Under the pieces are notes generated by a model. It worked only from the letters and a program-made list of their open reading frames with translations. It was not told the DNA's origin and did not search any database. Shown in pieces: positions 25,210-32,000 of a stretch of 32,000 nucleotides of DNA. A program made the translations under genes and the position numbers. Source of the stretch: Candidatus Nanobsidianus stetteri (lineage in GTDB: Archaea > Nanobdellota > Nanobdellia > Nanobdellales > Nanobdellaceae); assembly GCF_003086415.1 (NCBI RefSeq), contig NZ_QEFP02000007.1, positions 1-32,000 of the forward strand, written 5' to 3'. Position 1 is the first letter of the stretch. Each line of letters opens with the position of its first letter.

Positions 25210-26895
25210 CTAATAACTTTTTCCTATATATACATAATATTTTGCATCTTCATTACAAAATATACATTTTTTATTTTTTGCATCTTCAGGTATAATATCA
25301 GTTCCCCTTACATCTAATGAATATCTTTCTTTAATATTCTTTGCGCATTCTTCTCTCATACAGAATGGAACCTTAAATGCTAAATTTTTATTTAAATTAT
25401 TTTCTAGATCTTTTAAATTATCTACTTTTAATATTTTATTTTCAAAATATTTTCTTGACCTTTCTTTTAGATCTTTATCATATTCAATAATTAACCTCTC
25501 TAATTCATTTAATAAATTTTCCAATTTTACTTCGTAATCTTTTGCTTTACTATTATATTGCCTTACAGATATTGTAACTGTATTTTTTTCTAATTCTCTT
25601 TTACCAATAGATATTCTAAATGGTACTCCTAATAATTCATATTGGTTAAATTTCCATCCAGGACTTTTTGTATCATCTTTATCAATTCTTACTCTATACT
25701 TTTCCTTTAATAAATTATATACATTCTCACAATATTCTAATATCTTGTTTTTTTCATCTTCAGAATAATATATTGGTATAATTATTATTTGAACTTTAGA
25801 TATTTCAAAAGGTAATATTAAACCTTTATTATCCCCATGTATTGAAATTACTGCACTTAATGTTCTCATAGATATTCCAAAAGATGTTTGCCATGCAAAT
25901 TTTTTATTAATTAATTTATTTTCATTAAATTTATTTTTAATTATATTATTTATTTTGTTTATTAAATCTTTATTATCTTCAGATATTTCTCCATTAAATT
26001 CTATATTTTCTTCATATGATTTAATTAATTCTCTATTATTATTATATAATCTTATTTTTATTTTATTTTCAACAATTTCTATTTCATATCTATAATTATC
26101 TTCATTAAATGCCTCAAATTTATTTTTATCTATTTTTATAAATGGATGATCATCTTCAAAAATAATATTAAATGCTTTAGAAAAATTCCTTCCTAATAAA
26201 TGTGTAGTTCCAATTTGTAAAAATCTTCCATCTGGTAATATAGTATCTGCAGCAAATGTATAATCTGCTCCGGCAAATTTATCCCAATCAGGTCTCCTTA
26301 CCCATATATGTGGTAATGATAAATGGTCCCAAAAAACTTTAGAATAAATTTCAATAGATTTTTTTATCATCCTTTCAGCATCATCTAAATCTTTATGTAC
26401 GGTATGAGCCTCATTCCATAAAATCTCTCTTCCCCTGATTAATGGTTTTGTTGCTTTTGTTTCATATCTATATACTGTATTTGTCATATAAGTTAACAAA
26501 GGTAAGTCTCTATAAGATCTTATCCATAAAGAAAACATATAATACATTTCAGTTTCAGATGTTGGTCTTAATATATATCTTATATCTTTTTCTTCTTCTA
26601 TTGGTTTTGATGGAGTAACATAAAATACTTCAGATTCGAATCCTTTTATATGTTCACTTTCCCTTTTAAATATTTCATATGGAATTAATATTGGAAACCA
26701 ATATGGTTCAAACCCATTTTTTTCTAATTCACCTTCTAAAATGTTCAATATTTTTCTAATTGCGAAATATCCATTTGGGTAATAAATAGGCATTCCTTTT
26801 ATAGGATATCTATCATCAATAATCTCGGAAACTCTTACTATATTGTTATACCATTCAGAGAAATTGGAATTCTTATCTAAATTACTTTCTCTCAT
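25210..26895 (-). CDS. proS: Prolyl-tRNA synthetase (archaeal/eukaryotic type) with an ~80-aa insertion in the catalytic domain.
   Basis: FSEWYNNIV, YPIKGMPIYYPNGY, LRPTSET, RYETKATKPLIRGREILWNEAHT, LQIGTTHLLGRNFSKAF, WQTSFGIS.R and IHGDNKGLILP are present. A C-terminal Zn-binding domain ends in ..KCIFCNEDAKYYVYIGKSY. It is 561 aa, whereas I recall about 480 aa as typical. Confidence 0.95.
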   Translation of the reverse strand: MRESNLDKNSNFSEWYNNIVRVSEIIDDRYPIKGMPIYYPNGYFAIRKILNILEGELEKNGFEPYWFPILIPYEIFKRESEHIKGFESEVFYVTPSKPIEEEKDIRYILRPTSETEMYYMFSLWIRSYRDLPLLTYMTNTVYRYETKATKPLIRGREILWNEAHTVHKDLDDAERMIKKSIEIYSKVFWDHLSLPHIWVRRPDWDKFAGADYTFAADTILPDGRFLQIGTTHLLGRNFSKAFNIIFEDDHPFIKIDKNKFEAFNEDNYRYEIEIVENKIKIRLYNNNRELIKSYEENIEFNGEISEDNKDLINKINNIIKNKFNENKLINKKFAWQTSFGISMRTLSAVISIHGDNKGLILPFEISKVQIIIIPIYYSEDEKNKILEYCENVYNLLKEKYRVRIDKDDTKSPGWKFNQYELLGVPFRISIGKRELEKNTVTISVRQYNSKAKDYEVKLENLLNELERLIIEYDKDLKERSRKYFENKILKVDNLKDLENNLNKNLAFKVPFCMREECAKNIKERYSLDVRGTDIIPEDAKNKKCIFCNEDAKYYVYIGKSY

Positions 26896-27000
26896 AGTAG
26901 AAGAAATCTAGTGATACATTTTTAAACATTATATTATTTAATATTATGTATATGACCTTCTCTACCTAAGGTAGAGAAGCGAGCCTGATGATAAAGATGA

Positions 27001-27028
27001 GGGGGATGAGAGGGAATATATAGTCTCA
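27001..27028 (+). other. 5' strand of the 23S rRNA processing stem.
   Basis: GAGGGAAUAUAUAGUCUCA (27010-27028) is perfectly complementary to 29941-29959. GGGG (27002-27005) can also pair with CCCC (29962-29965) across an asymmetric internal loop (AUGA opposite GA). Confidence 0.7.
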
Positions 27029-29940
27029 AGAACCCGCCCGGTGGATGCCTGGGCTCGGAAGCCGAAGAAGGGCGCGGTAAGCTGCGAAAAGCTGGAGGGA
27101 GGTGCATGCAACCGTTGATCTCCAGATCCCCGAATGGGATATCCTGCCGAAAGGCATCCCGTAAGGGAGGGGAACGCGGGGAAGGGAAACATCTTAGTAC
27201 CCGCAGGAATAAAAAACAATTTGTGATTTCCTGAGTAGGGGCGACCGAAAGGGAAGGAGCCTAAACCGAATCCTCTAAAGTAATTTAGAGGAGATGTGGG
27301 GTAAAGGAACGGGAGCTTCCCGTTATTATATTCTCAGAACTCCGGTGGAAGTCCGGGGCCGTAGAGGGTGACAGCCCCGTATGGGGATATAATAACGGGA
27401 TTTCCCGTTTCCGGAGTACCGGCGGTTGGATTTCCGTCGGGAATTTGGGGGAAACTAGCCCCCAAGGCTAAATACTCTCCGAGTCCGATAGCGTATTAGT
27501 AGGGCGACCGAAAGGTGAAAAGAACCCTTGGTAGGGGGTGAAAAGAGCCTGAAACCGGGCGGGGATTGTCTGGTAGGGCTAGTTAAGCACCTTATCTGGG
27601 AAAATCTGGTGACAGATGAGTACCAGATAGGGTGCTAGCTAGTTCTACCGTGAGTTTTGAAGAACTTGCGGGGGAGTATACCCGAGTGGCGAGGTTAAGG
27701 TTTATACCGAAGCCATAGGGAAACCGAAAGCCCGCAACCTGGTTTCCAGGTGAGGGGCGCCGTCCCATAAGGGCGGTTTAGTCACTCGGGTATGACCGGA
27801 AACCGGGCGATCTACCCCGGGGCAGGGCGAAGCGGGGTTTCCCGTGGAGGCCCGAAGAGGTGGGGCGTATCTCTCTCATGACCTCGGGGTAGAGGTGAAA
27901 AGCCACTCGGGCCCGGTCATAGCCGGTCCCCGCCGAAACTGACCCCAGCCAGGTCTCGGGTTAGGATCCCTATGGTGTAGAGAGACGGATTCTGTACGGG
28001 TTTCCGTACGGAGTCCAACTCCGAAGCCATAGGGTCCGTAACCCGGGAAACGGGGATTGCGGGAAAGCCGCAATTCCGAGACGGGAACAACCGAGACCGA
28101 GGTTAAGGCCCCAAAGTGCTGGCTGAACGATTTTGAAGGAGTCTGTCCCCTAAGACATCGGGGATGTGGGCCTAATAGTGGCTATCATCTAAGGAGTGTG
28201 TAACAACTCACCCGACGAGGGGATAGGCTCCGAAAACGGACGGGTCTAAGCCAGCCGCCGAGACCTCGGTCCGCTGGTACTGCCAGCGTGAGGTAGGCGG
28301 GCGTCCCGATGGCCTAGAAGGGTTCCTGAAAGGGAGCCTGGAGCCGTCGGGAATGAAGATCCCCGCGGTAGTAAGAATCAGACGGGTGAGAATCCCGTTG
28401 GCCGAAGGGGGAAAGGTTTCCCAGGCAATGAAGATCAGCCTGGGGTTAGTCGATCCTAATCCAGGCTCCGAGTGGAGTCTGGAGAAAGGGAAAGGGGTTA
28501 ATATTCCCCTACCGCTCCGATAGATGCGGTAACGCAACATCCTTTCCCGACCCGGAAGGCTAGGCATACACGGGGGTGGGGTAAAACTCACTTACCGTGC
28601 TAAGGGGGATAGGACCGGGGAGTGCCGTCATGGCGAGAACCGGTCTAAACCCTGATGGGCCCGAAAGGGTTATGCCGAGGCCTTCCGGCAATGAAAAGGG
28701 AAAGGATGCGATTCGGAGCGATCGTACCGAAATCCAGCATAGGTCCCCTGGGTGAGCAGCCTAAGGCCGTGGGGGTCAAGCCGGTCCAGGGAACTTGGCA
28801 AATTGGTCCCGTAACTTCGGGAGAAGGGATGCCTGCGGTGCAGACCGCAGGTCGCAGTGACAAGGGCGGGCGGACTGTTTACCAAAAACATAGCTCCCAG
28901 CAAGCCCGAAAGGGTTTGTACTGGGGGTGACGTCTGCTCAGCACCGGTATCTGAATCCCCCGTTCAAGGGGGGTAAGGACCGGTAAACGGCGGGGGTAAC
29001 TCTGACCCTCTTAAGGTAGCGTAATGCCTTGCCAGTTAAATGCTGGCTCTGCGAACGACGTAACTAGCCCGCCACTGTCCCGGGCCGGCGCCCCCTGAAA
29101 AGCTATCCTGGTGAGAAGGCCAGGGACTTCCGATGGGTAAAAAAGACCCCGTGAAGCTTAACCGCAGCCTGTTGTTGCTCTGAAGAACCTGGTGTGTAGG
29201 GTAGCGGGGAGCAATGAATTCCTGCCGCTAGGTAGGAAGGATGCGACGATGAAACACCCGCCTCCAGGTTCTTCAGGGCTAACCCGAAAGGGGACAGCGG
29301 CAGGTGGGCGGTTTGGCTGGGGCGGCACCTTGCCGAAAAGATATCGGCAGGGTCCATAAGGTCAGCTCAGGCGGGTCAGGAATCCGCCGTAGAGGACAAG
29401 GCCAAAAGCTGGCCTGACTGTGCCCTGACCATCAAGGGGCACAGGGGGGAAACCCGGGCCTAGCGAACCCCGTACTCTCACTAGTGGGGGTACGGGCTGG
29501 CGGAAAAGCTACTCCGGGGGTAACAGCGCCGTCGCGGGCGAGAGCCCCCATTGACCCCGCGGTTTGCGACATCGATGTCGTCTCTCCCCATCCTGGTGGT
29601 GCAGAAGCCGCCAAGGGTGGGGGTGTCCACCCATTAAAGGGGATCGTGAGATGGGTTCAGAACGCCGCGAGGCAGTTCGGTTATAACTGTCGGAAGTGCT
29701 GGCTGCCTGAGGGGAAGGTCCGCCTAGTACGAAAGGAACGGCGGGCCGGGGCCTCTGGTCTACGGGCTGTCCGAGAAGGGCATGCCCGGTAGCTACGCCC
29801 TAGGGGATAAGCCCTGAAAGCATCTAAGGGCGAAGCCCTCCTCAAAAATAGGCAGCCGTTAAGGGGTCGGATAAAAGATCCGACTCAGAGCGGCGGTGTA
29901 AGCTCCGAAAAGGAGTTCAGCCGACCGCTTGAAGTTCCCG
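27029..29940 (+). rRNA. rrl: 23S (LSU) ribosomal RNA, complete and stand-alone. Ends are approximate.
   Basis: The 5' region has CCCGGUGGAUGCCUGGGC. The GTPase-associated centre is at ~28158-28215. The PTC region has GGGGUAACAG...CAUCGAUGUCG...GGGUUCAGAACGCCGCGAGGCAGUUCGGU. The sarcin-ricin loop is at 29726-29739. Length is about 2.9 kb, with no intron-sized insert. It is bracketed by a long complementary stem. All track ORFs inside it are artefacts. Confidence 0.95.
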
Positions 29941-29965
29941 TGAGACTATATATTCCCTCGACCCC
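29941..29965 (+). other. 3' strand of the 23S rRNA processing stem.
   Basis: UGAGACUAUAUAUUCCCUC (29941-29959) plus GA and CCCC pair with 27001-27028. Confidence 0.7.
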
Positions 29966-29971
29966 AAAATT

Positions 29972-31465
29972 TTATTCAATATTATAATATCTCAAAATAT
30001 TTTCTTTATTATAATAATACATTTGTATAATTTTACTGAATGTTTGAAAATCTGAAATATTTAATTCAGATAATCTCTCTAATAATTTTACTCTTCTAAT
30101 GTATTCTTCATATAATTCTTTGTATCTTATTCCATAATCATTTTCAATTAATCTAAACAAATATTTTTTTGGATTTTCCAAATATTCTCTTTTAAAAGGA
30201 TTCCATTTATATGCAATATTAAACCTATTATATTTTATAATTTCATTAATTTCTTTAATTCTCCTCAAATTTGTTCCAAGAAAGTTATCATGTTGCATTA
30301 TTACTACAACATTTAATAATTCAATTAATGATGGGGATAAATTTATTGGTGGTGTTGTTAACCTACTTATTAATGCTTTTGTACTTTCAGCATGCATTGT
30401 TGATAAAGAAGAATGACCAGAGGCCATTCCCTGGAACATTACATATGCTTCTTCTCCCCTTACTTCTCCAACAATTACATAATCTGGTCTTTGTCTAAAA
30501 GACATTCTTAATAATTCAAACATATCAATTTCTCTATTTTTATCGGAAGAATATTTTACTACAGAAGGAATCCAGTTTGGATGATATAACTTTATTTCTC
30601 TTGTATCTTCAATTGAAACAATTCTAGCGCTTGGTGGTATAAACATAGATATTGCATTTAGCATTGTTGTTTTTCCAGAAGCTGTACCTCCAATTATAAT
30701 TATATTTTTTCTAAATTCTACTGCCAACCACAAATATGCAAATATTTCGGGAGTTGCACTTCCCAATCTTATTAATTCTATTGGAGTCCATGGAATTTCC
30801 CTAAACTTTCTTATTGTAAATGTTGGACCATGTGTAGTAATTTCTTGAGAGTATGTTGCATTTATTCTTGATCCATCTGGTAATGTTGCATCCAAAATTG
30901 GTTCTGCATATGATATATGTTTTCCAGCCCTTAAAGCAAATTTTTCAATTAAATCTCTAATTTCTTTATCATTTAAAATTATATTTGTCTTTAAATTTCC
31001 AAAATATCTATGAACAATAAATATTGGATAACCTGGACCAGAACATTCAATATCTTCAATCAATGGATCTCTTAATAAAGAATCTACCTTATTATATCCA
31101 TAAAGATCTCTAAAAATATAATAAAATATTTTTTCATAAGAAGATTGTCCCAATTGTATTCCTAAATCATTTAATACAAAATCATATAATCTTTGTAAAT
31201 AATTTATAGCATCATTTAAATTTCCAATTTCAGATAATTTAATATATAATAATTTTTCAATATAAAAAATTATATTTTTATATATTTTTTCTTCATTTTC
31301 AGTTAATTTTGGCTCTATTATTTCATAAACAAGATCATATGTACTTCTATCAAAATATATATGTGCATAAGAAAAGGGTTCTACTATTGGGTAGGTTATA
31401 TTTGTTTCAAACTTATTTTTAGGTACATTTATTTTTATATCATTAATAAATTTAATGTTTATCAT
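29972..31465 (-). CDS. Type IV filament assembly ATPase of the GspE/VirB11 superfamily (ArlI/FlaI or pilus PilB-like).
   Basis: The N-terminal domain has YPIVEPFSYAHIYFD..YDLVYEIIEPKLTENEEKIY. Also present are Walker A IIGGTASGKTTMLNA, SIEDTREIKL, RQRPDYVIVGEVRGEEA (Walker B / Asp box) and GHSSLSTMHA (His box). I cannot separate ArlI from pilus ATPases by eye. Confidence 0.85.
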   Translation of the reverse strand: MINIKFINDIKINVPKNKFETNITYPIVEPFSYAHIYFDRSTYDLVYEIIEPKLTENEEKIYKNIIFYIEKLLYIKLSEIGNLNDAINYLQRLYDFVLNDLGIQLGQSSYEKIFYYIFRDLYGYNKVDSLLRDPLIEDIECSGPGYPIFIVHRYFGNLKTNIILNDKEIRDLIEKFALRAGKHISYAEPILDATLPDGSRINATYSQEITTHGPTFTIRKFREIPWTPIELIRLGSATPEIFAYLWLAVEFRKNIIIIGGTASGKTTMLNAISMFIPPSARIVSIEDTREIKLYHPNWIPSVVKYSSDKNREIDMFELLRMSFRQRPDYVIVGEVRGEEAYVMFQGMASGHSSLSTMHAESTKALISRLTTPPINLSPSLIELLNVVVIMQHDNFLGTNLRRIKEINEIIKYNRFNIAYKWNPFKREYLENPKKYLFRLIENDYGIRYKELYEEYIRRVKLLERLSELNISDFQTFSKIIQMYYYNKENILRYYNIE

Positions 31466-31507
31466 GATAAAAGATTAATATACTCCAGAATATATAAACT
31501 ATTCATA

Positions 31508-32000
31508 ATGATTAATAAAAATGTTCTAATAAACCTGGAGAGGGATATAGAAGAAATAGAAAGATATATTAATAAATTAAAAAATATTTTAAAGGAAATA
31601 AAGAGGAAGGAAGAAATGAAGAAATATTTTCATAAATTATATTTGGATGGATATTTTGATGAAAAAGAATATAAAAGAAGGTTAACAATAATTGAAAAGA
31701 AAATAAAATATTTAGAAAAATCTAAATACTTAATACTATACGATTTAATTAATTTAATAAATAATAGTCAAAAAATAATAGAATTTTTAAAGAATATAGA
31801 AGGAAAAAGTGAAGAAGAAAATAAAAATATACAATATTATGAAATGAAAATAAATGATACAGTAAATTATATTAGTAAAATCTATCCAGAAATATTTAAG
31901 AAAGAGGAAATAAAGATTGGTAAGAAATTTATTGAAGCATCAAACATATTATTTAGAAAGAAGGAAGAAAAAAAGAAGAAAATAAAAGTTAAATTAAAAT
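31508..32000 (+). CDS. Hypothetical Lys/Glu-rich coiled-coil protein, partial (runs off the window).
   Basis: Not in the ORF track because it is open at the window edge. My translation from the ATG at 31508 reads MINKNVLINLERDIEEIERYINKLKNILKEIKRKEEMKKYFHKLYLDGYFDEKEYKRRL... with no stop to position 32000. It is divergent from the ATPase gene. No family motif recognised. Confidence 0.5.
   Translation, partial: MINKNVLINLERDIEEIERYINKLKNILKEIKRKEEMKKYFHKLYLDGYFDEKEYKRRLTIIEKKIKYLEKSKYLILYDLINLINNSQKIIEFLKNIEGKSEEENKNIQYYEMKINDTVNYISKIYPEIFKKEEIKIGKKFIEASNILFRKKEEKKKKIKVKLK

Noticed and set aside
26962-29792. Nine track ORFs inside or overlapping the G+C-rich block: 26962..27219, 27876..28073, 28208..28591, 28645..28863, 28655..28930, 28670..28903, 29103..29357, 29432..29614 and 29484..29792.
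   Set aside because: They lie within the 23S rRNA gene and its leader. Their Pro/Gly/Arg/Ala-rich translations are the expected artefact of G+C-rich non-coding RNA, and they overlap each other on both strands.
26896-30000. 16S or 5S rRNA genes, or an rRNA intron, associated with the 23S.
   Set aside because: The flanks are occupied by proS and the secretion ATPase. No additional G+C-rich island exists, and the 23S length (~2.9 kb) leaves no room for an intron.
2825-30498. Short ORFs antisense to strongly supported genes: 2825..3022, 5160..5387, 5715..5924, 6940..7149, 7496..7717, 8239..8460, 8542..8787, 9806..10093, 13477..13803, 14924..15136, 15547..15762, 16310..16516, 18085..18417, 23410..23616, 24143..24364 and 30271..30498.
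   Set aside because: Each is fully embedded opposite a conserved gene. Their translations are low-complexity and rich in Leu, Phe, Ile and Tyr, as expected from the reverse complement of Lys/Glu/Asn-rich coding DNA. None has a recognisable motif.
1-32000. CRISPR arrays, transposases, integrases, IS elements and known defence or toxin-antitoxin systems.
   Set aside because: I saw no regularly spaced direct repeats. No ORF has transposase, integrase, Cas, restriction-enzyme or toxin motifs. The only PIN-like hint is a 10-codon fragment, noted under the 12888-14597 finding.

Overview
This is a very A+T-rich archaeal chromosomal segment. Its proteins are rich in Asn, Ile, Lys, Tyr and Glu, and its genes are tightly packed and often overlap. 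Every structural RNA stands out as a sharply G+C-rich island, which is the usual signature of a thermophile with a reduced, AT-drifted genome. The organisation most resembles Nanoarchaeota/DPANN-type symbionts: a stand-alone 23S rRNA, scattered ribosomal-protein mini-clusters and enzymes truncated at domain boundaries. That lineage assignment is inference, not proof.

I call about 38 CDS.
- **Translation:** uS3, uL22, eL19, uL15, eL37, uS5, uL30, uL16/L10e, HisRS, ProRS, a GatE fragment and a Dph2 fragment.
- **Other functions:** class II ribonucleotide reductase, Hsp20, a NOG1-like GTPase, a MEMO-like protein, a metallophosphoesterase, an ApgM-like protein, a Dpm1-like glycosyltransferase, a HAD hydrolase, a ChlI/MoxR-like AAA+ with vWA pair and a MinD-like ATPase.
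- **Filament-related:** two operons of small pilin- or archaellum-accessory-like proteins, one very large pilin-signal surface protein (partial at the window edge) and an ArlI/PilB-type secretion ATPase.
- **RNAs:** three intron-less tRNAs (Ala-UGC, Leu-CAA, Glu-CUC), one 23S rRNA with a long processing stem, and a ~230-nt G+C-rich ncRNA that I interpret as a miniaturised RNase P RNA.

Two open-ended ORFs (1..1564 minus, 31508..32000 plus) and eL37 (54 aa) are missing from the supplied ORF track; I added them from my own translation. I found no CRISPR array, transposase, integrase or recognisable defence or toxin system, and I cannot point to a clear novel multi-gene system.

The best follow-up targets are:
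- the minimal RNase P RNA, which has no room for a P3 hairpin;
- a G-to-A change in the GAGA tetraloop of the sarcin-ricin loop;
- the domain-truncated GatE and Dph2 ORFs;
- a tRNA-Glu with C33;
- the dispersed type IV filament modules;
- a degenerate ApgM-like protein;
- an ~80-aa insertion in ProRS;
- a perfect 20-bp inverted repeat in a convergent intergenic region.
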